Positions 12,695 through 24,514 of a stretch of 64,000 nucleotides of DNA are shown one piece after another (position 1 is the first letter of the stretch; the number at the start of each line of letters is the position of its first letter). Origin of the DNA: Squalus acanthias. Lineage: Eukaryota. Position numbers and translations under genes: made by a program. The notes beneath the pieces are model-generated. The model had not been told where the DNA came from. It worked only from the letters and a program-made list of their open reading frames with translations, and did no database searches. The stretch spans positions 434,001-498,000 of the forward strand of contig JASTWF010000326.1 of NCBI GenBank assembly GCA_030390025.1, read 5' to 3'.

Positions 12695-12729
12695 AATAGG
12701 TCTAGAAAGATAACAATATTTGCTCTCTA

Positions 12730-13235
12730 ATGAAGGGACAAGACAATGCCCATGTGATAGACTATTTGAATTAGATCGATCAGGGAGAATCAGGAAACAT
12801 GCCTATACTTTATGCAGAACTAGGCTAGGTTTTACTTTTCACAGAGTTGCCAGCTCATGCAGTGAGTAGGAATGCATTGCAAGTATTCGAAAGGGAGCTG
12901 AACAGGTTCCTGGGTAAGGCTGATATCACTGCCTATAAAAGGTAGCTGGGATGTTGGGTGATACCCTCATGGTCACTGTGGTCTCCTGGAACTTGTTTTG
13001 TTCACCTCTGGGGCAGGTGTGGGGGGTCAGAGACTAATTTCCCAGAATTCTTTATTTATGAATTGCCATAGTGTTCTTTTTATCTGTTATTTTTATGCCT
13101 CTTCCAGGAGATTGCATGGCAGCTAGTGGTGGGGAGCATTGGGGATCATGATGCATAGTGGCAACATGACAATGCAGCTCAGGCTCGATATGCCAGCTAG
13201 TCTTTTCCTGTCCATCAATTTCGTATGTTTGTAAT
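12730..13235 (+). mobile_element. Old CR1 3' end with long 3' UTR
   Basis: Degenerate ORF2 end (ttttcacagag..., ttcgaaagggagctgaacaggttcctg) and a TTTCGTATGTTTGTA tail. Confidence 0.55.
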
Positions 13236-13311
13236 GTCGTAAGAGAAGTGCTGGAGAATTTTAGCCTTATTTGCATCCAGTGACACGAACAAGCACTTAC
13301 ACGTCAATATA

Positions 13312-13520
13312 AAAAGAGAAAGTCTTGCATTTATATAGCGCCTTTCACAACCTCAGGGCATTCCAAAGCGCTTTGCAGTCAATGAAATTCTTTTGACATG
13401 TAGTCACTGTTGTAATGTAGGGAAACGCGGCATCCAAATTGTGCACAGCAAGGTCCCACAAACAGCAATGTGATAATGACCAGATCATCTGTTTCAGTTG
13501 CTTGAGGGATAAATATTTGC
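13312..13520 (-). mobile_element. DeuSINE (SacSINE1/AmnSINE1-like) 3' fragment
   Basis: The reverse complement reads ...attgctgtttgtgggaccttgctgtgcac...aaagcgctttgg...tgaaaggcgctatataaatgcaag. Confidence 0.8.
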
Positions 13521-14207
13521 TAGAATATAGATTAAGTAAGAAGTATGGTAAAGCACTCTTTATTTTGCTGTCAGGACATATTTTAACCTCATAGGAGTCT
13601 ATCCTCCACACTACAGGATTATTACATCCTACACCAGCATTTTTAGTGAGTGATAGGACCTATATAGTACTGAATAGTGTTGAACTGTAGGCAATTCTGC
13701 AGTGTATCCATGAGGAATTGGGTTGAGGCTACCTGAACTAATTTCATTTAGGACCTTCACAGCCATCAGAGACAGAGGGGATCTTCATCCCATTATTATA
13801 GACAAAATTAGAAGAAGTAAGAGGTCCCATATACCCCACACATCATTATGTTCTGAAGTTATTAATTTATTCTTTGTGTAAATTTGTTCATGTTGCAGAT
13901 TTTATTTTTTATGGATTTCTCCAAGTTTCCAATACAGAAACTGAATTACAGTCAAAATGATCAGTACAAACTAAATATAAACAGCATTACATACAGAAGG
14001 AAAATTGCACATGATAAATGCATACAATATCAAAGTGTTAAGGTTTTATACTTAAGAACAAATCTTGAGGTTAGACTTACTACCAAATGAATAATGATTT
14101 GCAAAGGCCATGGAGTCAGTTAGTGTTCAAAGAGTAAAACACACTTGATTGCAGAAAACTCATATACAGACCTGAATTTAACAAAATAATACAGGAAATT
14201 CTCTTTA

Positions 14208-15866
14208 AAACATAGAAACATAGAAGCATAGAAGATAGGAGCAGGAGTAGGCCATTCGGCCCCTCGAGCCTGTTCCGCCATTTAATGAGATCATGGCTGA
14301 TCATCCAAATTCAGTACCCTGTCCCTGCTTTCTCCCCATATCCCTTGATCCCTTTAGCCTTAAGAAATATATCTAACTCCTTCTTGAATATATTTAATGA
14401 ATTGGCCTCAACTGCCTTGTGTGGTAGAGAATTCCACAGGTTCACCACTCTCTGGGTGAAGAAATTCCTCCTCATCTCAGTCCTAAATGGCTTACCCCTT
14501 ATCCTTAGACTGTGACCCCTGGTTCTGGACTCCCCTGTCATCGGGAACATCCTTCCTGCATCTAGTCTGTCTAGTCCTGTTAGAATTTTATAAGTTTCAA
14601 TGAGATCTCCTCTCAGTCTTCTAAACTCTAGCGAATATAAGCCTAATCGACCCAATCTCTCCTCATACGTCATTCCTGCCATCCCAGGTATCAGTCTGGT
14701 GAATCTTCGCTGCACTCTCTCCATGGCAAGAACATCCTTCCTCAGATAAGGTGAACAAAACTGCACACAATACTCAAGGTGTGGTCTCACCAAGGCCCTG
14801 TACAACTGCAGCAAGACATCCTTGCTCCTGTACTTGAATCCTCTCGCTATGAAGGCCAACATACCATTTGCCTTCTTAACTGCCTGCTGCACTTGCATGC
14901 TTACCTTCAGCGACTGGTGCACAAGGACACCCAGGTCTCGTTGCACTTCCCCTTTTCCCAATCTATTGCCGTTCAGATAATAATCTGTCTTCCTGTTTTT
15001 GGCACCAAAGTAGATAACCTCGCATTTATCCACATTATACTGCATTTGTCATGCATCTGCCCAATCACCCAACCTGTCCAATGTCCAAATCATACTGGAG
15101 TTTCTCTGCATCCTCCTCACAGCACACACGCCCACCCAGCTTTGAATCGTCTGCAAACTTGGAGATATTACATCTAGTTCCCTCGTCTAGATTATTTATA
15201 TATATTGTGAATAGCTGGGGTCCTAGCACCGATCCCTGCGGTACCCCACTAGTCACTGCCTGCCACTCAGAAAAAGACCCGTTTATTCCAACTCTTTGCT
15301 TCCTATCTGACAACCAGTTCTCTATCCAAGACAGTACCTTACCCCCAATCCCGTGTGCTTTAACTTGGCACGCTAATCTCTTATGCGGGACCTTATCGAA
15401 AGCCTTCTGAAAGTCCAAATACACCACATCCACTGGTTCTCCCTTATCTATTCTACCAGTTACAGCCTCAAAAAATTCCAGTAGATTAGTCAAGCATGAT
15501 TTACCTTTTGTAAATCCATGTTGACTTTGTCCGATCCTGTCACTGTTTTCCAAGTGCTCTGCTATTACATCTTTTATAGTGGACTCTTGCATTTTCCCCA
15601 CTACCGATGTCAGACTTACCGGTCTATAATTCCCCGTTTTCTCTCTACCACCTTTTTTAAATAGTGGGGTTACATTCGCTATCCTCCAATCCATGGGAAC
15701 TGTTCCAGAGTCTATAGAATTTTGGAAGATGACCAGCAATGCATCTACTATTTCTAGGGCCACTTCCTTAAGTACCCTAGGATGTAGATTATCAGGCCCT
15801 GGGCCCTGGGGATTTATCGGCCTTCAATCCCGTCAATTTCCCGAACACCATTTCCCTACAAATACG
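14208..15866 (-). mobile_element. 5'-truncated CR1 LINE, same young subfamily as 5804-9756
   Basis: RT ORF pieces 15065-15763 and 14311-15045, TTTCTATG tail, near-identical to the copy at 5.8-9.7 kb. Confidence 0.95.
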
Positions 15867-16600
15867 ACCACACAAACCATGCTTATAGTGACAGTGTTTC
15901 AAGAGAAAGTGTATGATTTCTCTATTAGAAAGGAAATCCTAAGCAATGCTTCTTTGAGAATGTGATACATGCAAGAATGCTGCAGTAAGATTGCTATCTG
16001 TGGTGGAAATTGACTACAAATTAATTCGATAATGAGAAATTGGAATGGATGAAGAATTTGGGTTTAAAAAAATGTCATAACTGTAACAAATGTATCACTT
16101 TGGAAACTATTAGATAAGAAATTTGAGGGTTTAGCGCCAGCCGTTGAGGCCTGTTTTGATGAAAAAATGGCAGCTGACTCGCTTCCGCCCGCTTCTGGCG
16201 GGTCCCGCGGTGGCCGTGATTTTGGGGAGGTTGGTAGTGCTGCCGTTGCCAGCGCTCGTTCCAAATATTTAGATTCGGCAGATTGTGACATCAATGAGAG
16301 TGCAACGCTGATTTGATGCACAATCTGCCATTTTGGACGTCACCGCCCCATTTAATGCCCATCCCTAATCACGACCAGCAAACCAAGCGTTCAGCAGCAG
16401 GAAGGAGCCTCCAGCAGCGCTATTTAAAGGAATCAACAACTTGCAGCTGACTTCCTTTTTCAGTTCTACTGGCTCTGTCAAAGTTTGTGCAACTGTTTGG
16501 AGCTTTCTAAAGTTGCTGAGGTCACAGGGAGTGTTGTTGCAAGTGAAGAACGCCTTGCTTCTCATTTAAAGGCTTCTGCTCACACCACTTGCTCCCAGTC

Positions 16601-17663
16601 ATGGGCGCTCTACATGCAGTGCCCCTCGCGCTCAAATATGATAGAGAGATGGAGCAGAGGCATCGAAGAAGAGGACAAGATGCTCGCAAAGAGAGGAGGA
16701 AGAGGGGCAGGGGGGCTCTCAGCAGGAGGCCTTATCCAACTAAGGTTTCCTAGAGCACTTCTAACTGCACTTAAGCCAGGAGTAGTGTATTAGGAGGCTC
16801 CGCTTCACCAAGGAGGTGGTCACAGAACTCTGCCAACTCCTGCAACCAGACCTGCAATCTCAGAGTAGGGTGATGATGGCTCTCCCTGTGGCCCTCAAGG
16901 TCATCGTGGACCTGAATTTTTTCACCACCGGATCCTTCCAGTCTGCAGCAGGCAACATAGCTAACATCTCCCAGTTCGTCGTCCATCGCTGCATCCGAGA
17001 GGTCACAGAGGCTCATTACTCCAGGAGAAGGGACTTCATTGTCTTCTCTCTGAACACGCATGTGACTTTGTCAGGGTAGCGGGCTTCCCCATGGTGCAGG
17101 CCGCCATCGACTGCACACCGTATACCAATCTTGAGATGTTCCGTACCGCAAAGGCTACCTCTCAATTAATGTACAGTTGTTGTACGACCATGCCCATTGC
17201 ATCATGGTGGTGAATGCCCGCAAACCTGGCAGCAGTCATGATGCATTCATCCTGCCAGAAATCTTCCAGCCACCACGTCAAAACAGAGAGTGGCTGCTCG
17301 GAGACAAGGGCTATCCGCTCTGCAACCCCACCACTCGTGGCCAGCATTCATATAATGAGAGCCATGCTGCCGTGCGGAATGTTATTGAGCAGACCATCGG
17401 GGTGCTCAAGCAAGAGTTCCACTTCCTTGACTGCTCGGGAAGAGCCCTCCAGTACTCATCAGAGCGGGTGTCCCATTTCGTGGTGGTCTGCTGCAAGCTC
17501 CAGAACTTGACCATCATGAGGGAGCAGCCCTTATCACCAGGGATTCTGGGGTCACCTCAGGAGGAGGAGGAAGAGAAAGAGAAAGAGGAAGATGAAGAGG
17601 GCAGCAAATCCCCGTTCCAGACGGGCTGTCTGTGAGCGCTTGATCAGACTCCGGTTCCAGTGA
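16601..17663 (+). pseudogene. Harbinger DDE transposase, copy B
   Basis: RRLRFTKEVVTELCQLLQPDL, FFTTGSFQ, AIDC, PGSSHDAFIL, LLGDKGY and NVIEQTIGVLK; frameshifted. Confidence 0.9.
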
Positions 17664-17833
17664 ATAAAACCCCAGATCCCTGTTGCTCACCAATTCCCCT
17701 TCTTACCATTCCTCTGTCACGGAACATCACAGCGTCCTCCTGGGCATAAAGCTGAAATGAGAGCCACCACAAAACACACATTCCAAACAAAATTCATAAA
17801 TTTATCAAAGTCAAATGAAAAGAACAAAGTCAA

Positions 17834-19687
17834 CTAATCACCCTTGAGCATTCCCTTAGTGTCTGTCTTTTGTGTGCCTTTTCCTATTCTAGTGCCCCTA
17901 TGCAGTGCTCCCCCAGTGGCTGCAGCATAGCTGGTGAAAGGCTGCTGATTTTCAGTGTGGGAGACTACAGATTGCCTTGCAGGATGATCTCGAGAAGCTC
18001 TGGACCTAGTGGGCCCGGCTGCAGACTGCACCATCTCGGCATGGGTGGCAGCAGTCTGGGCTGGCTGGCTGACAGGCAGCAGCAAGGGCACTGGCGGAGT
18101 GGCAGTGGTGGAAGTAGGAATGCTGTGATCCTGAGAGAGGACAGCAGGTTCTTGCTCCACGGAGCCACTGCAACTCCCCCGGGGCGGCACCTCAACAATC
18201 CTAGTAATCTGTTGGAGGACAGATTGCTGGCCTGCTGTGACACCCTGCAAGCCCCTTTTGACACTCAGAAACCCAGTGCCGATGGTAGCAGTCTGAACTT
18301 CCAGTGCAGCAGTGAGACATTGTGTCGCTTCCGCCTGTGCTGCAATGGAAACTGTGAGGTCGCCCATCACACCAACCAGCATATTTGGGTCCACAAGGTC
18401 TCTCCTGGAATTGCTCATCATTTCCATCATAGAACCCCGTGCAAGGTTGGAGCTGAACTCCTCCCTGCTCCTTGACACTGACAAGAGGCTCTCTGGCAGG
18501 CTTGCCATTGCACCCACCATTTTCGTGTGCATGTCCATCACCCTTGTTCTGAAGGCTGCCCAATCGAAGTCATCATCTGAGTCCTGCAGAACTTGTGGGC
18601 GAACTCGCCCTCCAGGGAGCTGGCACCCAAGCTACCCTTTCCCCCTGGCCTGGCTGTAGCCCACTCATGCCCGGTGACTCACTGCGTTCCTATCCCGCCT
18701 CTATAATAAACTCTAAGGTCCACGCAGTGTCATTTTCTGAGCTGGTTTCTGTGAGTGTCAGATGCAGTGCCGGTGTCTCTTCTTCTTCTTCTCCTCCATC
18801 AGTGTCTTCCTCATGTTCAGGGACAGGTTGGGCTGCTGGCAGTTCTTGGGTATCTGAAATCAGAAAGGCACAAGGATCGGGTTGTGGTGAGGGGAGAGGG
18901 GAAAGCAAGATGTCCATGCATACACCATCAGCAGCTTGTACATAAGAAGAGATTGTGGGATGAAGGGTAAGTGGGACGTGAGAAGAAGGATTAGGTCTGA
19001 GCAGACCATCATCATCAGCAATGCTTTCAACTTTGCCGCTCGACACGGACTCTGTCACAGCCCCTCCAATTATTTGCAAAACTGATTCCTCCAGATTGGT
19101 TTGGCTCTCAATTCTGGCTTGGCTGCCTCCCCTGTGCTGTTGCTCATGGCGGTTGTGTGCCACCTTGGCCTGCAATAGAAAGGGAAGTGTGTCAGTGAGT
19201 GTAGTGCAATGTGTTTGGGTGATGTGCCTGCCATTGTTGAATAGCTGGCTATGTGTTTAAGGTGTGAGATGTGGGTGTGCGGGTGTAGAAGTGTTAAGTG
19301 TGTGAGGGTGAGGTGAAGCTATGAATGTGAGTGGTGATAGCTAGAGATTGTTGGTAGGTAAGTGATGGGGTTGTGGTGCATTGAGCAGTGTGTGAGGCTT
19401 GTGGGGCAGGTGGTGGGATATGGCATTTGCTGAAGCCTTCACTCACCTTGATCAGCCTGTTGAGGTCATTAAACTTTTTTCGGCTCTGGAGCAAGGTCCT
19501 GAGGACAATACTCGTCGCTGTGAAAGATTGCGCTATCTCCTCCCAGATCCTTCTTGCTGATTACCTTTGAAGGCCTCTTGCTCCAATGCGGGTATAGGAC
19601 ACCCCATCGATGTTTGTCTCCCAGGACCAAGGCCTCCCATGTGGCATCTGAGAAAAGTTTTGCCCTTTCTCTAGGGAGTTGAGCCAT
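17834..19687 (-). pseudogene. Harbinger Myb/SANT (MSANTD/NAIF1-like) gene, copy B; exons 19687-19447, 19169-19007, 18853-17834
   Basis: GT-AG introns at the same positions as copy C (exon 2 is 163 nt in both). RKKFNDL motif. Frameshift in exon 1 and a stop in exon 3. Confidence 0.82.
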
Positions 19688-20556
19688 GACTTCTTCACAC
19701 CTGACAATGAGGTGCTTCTGCAACAAAGCACCTCCCCTTTAAGTACTGGAGAGAGCCTAAACTAAACTTTATTGGTCAGTAGACTGCGCCCAATAGTGCC
19801 CCCCCCCCCTTTCCCATTGAGCGCTAAAGCAATCAGCAGCGAATTTAGCGCTGAGATCAGCACTGCAATCATGTAAATGAGCAGGCAGCACGAATTTTGC
19901 GTGCTGCCTGCATCACTTCGAACAGGCACAGACAAATAGCGCTGGGTGGTGCCCCCACCCGTTTTTGGGCCTTGTCCAATTTCTAGGTCAAGGTCACTAA
20001 GATTGAAGAATAGGTTACTTATACCTAGATGTGGCTATGCAAACTATCTTGTGATTTGTTCAATGGTAATTAAAATAAATGCTGTTTAAATATCCACAGG
20101 TGAGCAGTTGAAATCGGATGGAACAGAGAAGCCAAAATCCATTAAGTTATTAAAGATAGTCAACTTGGCCTTAGTCGGAGAAGAGATAAGAGTATTAAAG
20201 GGGTAGAAATTAGGTTGCGCCCCATTTGGGGCGCAAATATCGTCCGGACGCAAATATTAGCGCCTGGCGCTAATTATCGGCACTGACAGGAAACTTCACT
20301 TTTACCGCCCCGGGAGGTGAGTGGAGCGCTAAAGTAGGCGCTGCACACCTCTCTTAAGGCGCAAAGGCCAAGGAGTGAGGCGCTAACTCAGCGCACGAGC
20401 GCAGCGCAGCTGCTGCCAGTTAGCGAGGGAACACAGACACACTGGCGCCGGACACTTCTTAAAGCGGGGGGGGCCACTTGCTCCCCAGCCACACCCTGCT
20501 CATTGCAGCCTTGAATCTCAGCCTGGAGAGACCTGTAATCCATTTTGCTGCCAAGC

Positions 20557-22541
20557 ATGGAGAGGGTGAGAGAACGCGCTCATCGCTTCACCGAGCGGGC
20601 CTTGGATGCTCTGGTTGACGCAGTGGAGCGCAGACGATGCATGCTGTTCCCGGAGAGTGGCAGGAGGCCTTTGCCACGCGAGTTCAGAAGAGTGTGGAGG
20701 GAGGTGGCTCAGAGCGTCTCCTCCAGGAGCATGGTGCCCAGGACCCATGTTCAATGCCGCAAAAAGTTCAACGACCTCACTCGGGTCGTCAGGGTGAGTG
20801 GCTTTTTCTCAATACCTCTCCATCCCTCCATCTCAACCTCACTCTATGGCCAGAGGGTCTTAAAACCCCAATGCACAACACTCATCCAACACCTATGGCC
20901 CTTTCATCAAACACACACACATATTCCACACTTTGCATACAGTAAGGGCTATTCACCTATGGGAGGCACATCAGGCAAGACCATGGCTGTATATTGTAAG
21001 GGCTATTCACCTATGGGAGGCACATCAGGCAAAAACATGGCTGTATATTGTAAGGGCTATTCACCTATGGGAGGCACATCAGGCAAGACCATGGCTGTAT
21101 ATTGTAAGGGCTATTCACCTATGGGAGGCACATCAGGCAAGACCATGGCTGTATATTGTAAGGGCTATTCACCTATGGGAGGCACATCAGGCAAGACCAT
21201 GGCTGTATATTTACTCAGATGCTGTCCTTTTTCTTGCAGGCTAAGCTGGCTCATAATCGGAGACAGCAGCAACGGACGGGTGGAGGGCGGCTTCAGCTGC
21301 AACCCCTCAGCGATCTGGAGGAGCGCGTCCACAGGATTGTGGCAAGCCGGGTGATCGGTCCCGTCGCCACTGGAGACGCCGACCCCGTTGTGGACAGCAA
21401 TGGTAAGGTCATCACCTTTTTGTCCTCTGTCCTTCCACTTGTCCCTCACAATACCAGCCTTTGACACTTTCAATCCAACTTGCTAACTCGCTGCACTTAT
21501 TCCTCCCTTACTGCCACCCTGTCCTCACGCTAAAGCCACTATTGTACCTCCCTGCTTTCAGATGGTGATTCACCAGCTGAGGAGACGGGCCCTGAAGCTG
21601 CCACTGGGAGTGATGCTGCAGCTGAGGAGGAAGAGGAAGCCGGAGCATCAGTGCCACCCTCTCCCGAGGAAGCCCATGCCCACACTGGGAACACGCCTTC
21701 CCCGGAGGGGAGCAGGGGGGAAGGGGCTGATGATGGTGAAGCTCCAGGACCCAGCGGGCTGCAGCAACGCCATGGGGGGGGTAGGGAAGAACGGGGGCCT
21801 TCTCCCCCGAGGGAGAGTATGCCAGACACTCCTACTGCAATGGACGCAGAGGAGGAGCGGCTGATTGCAGAAATGAACACCCAGGCGGTGGGCATGCACA
21901 CTGAGCTCATGGGTGCAGTGGGAAGGGTGCCCGATTGCATTGAGTCACTGGCAAGGAGTGTGGAGCACTTCGCTGTAGCACAGGTGGATGCCACACTAAC
22001 GCTTAGTGCTGCAATTCAGTCACTGGCTGCCGTGATCCCACCTCTGACTGCTCTCATACAGACTCAGATGGAGGCCACGCGAGCACAGACTGCTGCCAAC
22101 CTCGATGGTTCGTGCACATGTCCCCGGGGCTGTCACCGCGCCGCAGCAGGCCAGCAATCTGTTCTCCGGCAAATTGCTCTGGATGCTGAAGTGCTGCCCC
22201 GTGGGAGTGCCAGTGTGTCGGGCGAGCAGGGAGTTGCTGGCCTCTCTCACGATGACAGCATTCCTGCTGCCAACACTGTCACTTCTCCACTGCACTTGCC
22301 ACCGCCTGTAGGACAGACTGCTGCCGCCCATGCAGAGTTGGTGCAGTCTGCAGCCGGGCCCTCCAGGCCCAGAAGTGGTCGAGGCCGTCCTTCAGGGGCA
22401 TCTGCAGTGTCAGGGTCTGACGAGCAGCAGCCTTCCACCAGCCTTGCTGCAGCCACTGAGGTCCCATTACGGAGGAGCAGTAGGGTTAGAAGGGGGGAAG
22501 TGCGCAAGGGAAGGAGATCACCCTCGAAGGGCAAAAAGTAG
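20557..22541 (+). CDS. Intact spliced Myb/SANT-like DNA-binding protein of Harbinger C (459 aa); exons 20557-20793, 21240-21402, 21562-22541
   Basis: Exon 1 is a trihelix/Myb-SANT domain (RFTERALDALV...W.EVA...QCRKKFNDL). Donors GTGAGT and GTAAGG, acceptors TTGCAG and TTTCAG. Exons total 237+163+980=1380 nt, in frame, with no internal stop. Basic NLS-like C-terminus. Confidence 0.85.
20942..21211 (+). repeat. Tandem repeat, 5 x 54 bp, in intron 1 of the Myb gene
   Basis: Unit GTAAGGGCTATTCACCTATGGGAGGCACATCAGGCAAGACCATGGCTGTATATT; copies are nearly identical. Confidence 0.95.
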
Positions 22542-22834
22542 GAGGTGTGCCAAAATGCTAGTCATTTTTTTATTAAAGGCCGAGGTTCATGGTCCAACTT
22601 TTGTTTAGTGTTTTGGACATTATCTCCAGGTTGTGAGAACCAGTTATGTTATTGACTGTTTTTTTGTGTTTATTTCTATGAGTTTGTCATGAGGAATTGA
22701 CACACACAGAGTTTGTAAAATAAATAAGTTTCTGTATTCAAAATATACATGGCTGGTGGTTGGAATTATTGGTGCCTTGGCCGGCTTAGGGTTGCGTGCT
22801 GGGTTGATTAGTGTTTGTAGCAATGGCAGGGGCC

Positions 22835-23975
22835 CTAGAAGCGGCTTGCTATTAGTCGTTGACGGACGGCCCTTGCAGTTTGACCATTGTGGGCCGCCCT
22901 CCTTCCTTGGTGCTGCTGATGATCATCGTCCTCGTCCTCTTCCTCCTCTTCCTCCTCCTCCTCTGGTGGTGCTACAAGGCCTGGTGGCATTGGCTGGGTC
23001 CTGAGGATTGCCATGTTGTGCAACATGCAGCACACGACTACGAAGTTCGAAACTTGCTCCTCCGGAATGGTCCAGACAGCGGAACCGTTGTTTCAGCACG
23101 CCGATTGTGCGCTCAATAATGTTCCTGGTTGCTTGATGGCTTTCATTGTACCGCAGCTCAGCACGGGTGTTTGGCGTACGGAGCGGTGTCATCAGCCAGG
23201 TGCTCAATGCGTACCCCTTGTCCCCCAGAAGCCAACCAACTGGCTGATGCGGTGCCTCGAAAACCTCTGCCACAGTAGTCTGGCGCAGGATGAAAGCATC
23301 GTGGCAGCTGCCCGGATAGTGGGCATTGACAGCGAGTATCACCTGTCTGTGGTCACAGACCAACTGCACATTCAAGGAATGGAACCCCTTTCTGTTCCTG
23401 AATTCCTCTGCATTCTCTCGCGGAGCACGCAAAGCCACATGCGTGCAGTCAATGGCGCCCTGCACCATGGGGAAGCCTGCTACCCTCGCAAAGCCCAGAG
23501 CACGGTCACGCTGCTTGTCTGGGGTCATAGGGAAAGAGATGAAGTCTCGTCTCCTTCTGAAGAGGGCATTGGTGACCTGCCAGATGCAGCGATGCACCGC
23601 AAACTGGGAGATATTGGCGAGGTCCCCAACAGCAGCTTGGAATGAGCCAGTGGCGTAGAAGTTCAAAGCCACTGTGACCTTCGCTGCCACCGACAGAGAC
23701 GTCCTGGACCTCAGCTGAGGCTGCAGATCTGGCTGCAGCAGGTGGCAGAGCTCAGTGACCACCTCCTTGCTGAATCACAGCCTTCGCAAACACAGCTCCT
23801 CGGACATATGGATGTAGGAGAGCTGTTCACGATATACCCTGGGAGGGTAAGCTCTCCTGTACATGCGCCTGATGGCCCTCCTCCGTCTGGCCATCATTGC
23901 CACTCTCTGTCTGCGTCTCAGTATCCTCCGATTCAGCTGGAGCAGGACGACGCCCCCAATCATTGCAGCCCCCAT
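22835..23975 (-). pseudogene. Harbinger DDE transposase, copy C (two lesions only)
   Basis: GAIDCTH, LLGDKGY and RNIIERTIG triad intact. In-frame TGA at 23775-23777 where copy B has Arg (RRL*FSKE). A ~20-nt frameshifting deletion near 23055 (GGA[LQYSPE]QV). Confidence 0.92.
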
Positions 23976-24079
23976 ATTCTCTTTGCCAGAAAAGTAATGA
24001 GGTACAGCAACTAAAGTAGCAACAAAGTTAGGATGAACTAGGCAAAACTACCTCACAAAGCGTTGAGTCAATGTAGAAG

Positions 24080-24117
24080 TCTCTCTCTCTCTCTCTCCGA
24101 ATCTCTCTCTCTCTCTC
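24080..24117 (+). repeat. (CT)n microsatellite upstream of the transposase
   Basis: Two CT runs separated by cgaa. Confidence 0.85.
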
Positions 24118-24314
24118 AGAACGAGTGGTGCATAAATGTCGACCACAGAAAAAGACAGGAAGAGGCCCCCTTTAAATAGCGCCCCCCCCAGCCCCACACC
24201 GATTGATAACGTTCCAGTCTTCCGGTCGTTGGAAGCGCCAGGCGGTAAGGCAGGGGGCGCCACTCAATTTCCGCTCCGGGGCGCCCCAAGGGCGTTGCAC
24301 CATGGAATGACGTG

Positions 24315-24514
24315 NNNNNNNNNNNNNNNNNNNNNNNNNNNNNNNNNNNNNNNNNNNNNNNNNNNNNNNNNNNNNNNNNNNNNNNNNNNNNNNNNNNNNN
24401 NNNNNNNNNNNNNNNNNNNNNNNNNNNNNNNNNNNNNNNNNNNNNNNNNNNNNNNNNNNNNNNNNNNNNNNNNNNNNNNNNNNNNNNNNNNNNNNNNNNN
24501 NNNNNNNNNNNNNN
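24315..24514. other. Assembly gap (200 N)
   Basis: Run of N. Confidence 1.

Larger units (their letters stand above)
16112..19989. mobile_element. PIF/Harbinger transposon B, full-length but decayed (~3.9 kb)
   Basis: Degenerate TIRs (AGAAATT / AATTTCTAG), with convergent transposase (+) and 3-exon Myb/SANT gene (-). Confidence 0.88.
20200..24314. mobile_element. PIF/Harbinger transposon C, young and CpG-rich; right end lost in the assembly gap
   Basis: Left TIR GGGGTAGAAATT follows TAAA. Subterminal palindromes are present. Myb gene on +, transposase on -. Confidence 0.92.

Noticed and set aside
20942..21211. CRISPR-like array
   Set aside because: The units are contiguous near-identical 54-mers with no unique spacers, there are no cas genes, and the context is eukaryotic.
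22835..23975. Host HARBI1 gene
   Set aside because: It lies inside a TIR-bounded multi-copy element, is paired with a Myb gene, and is disrupted.
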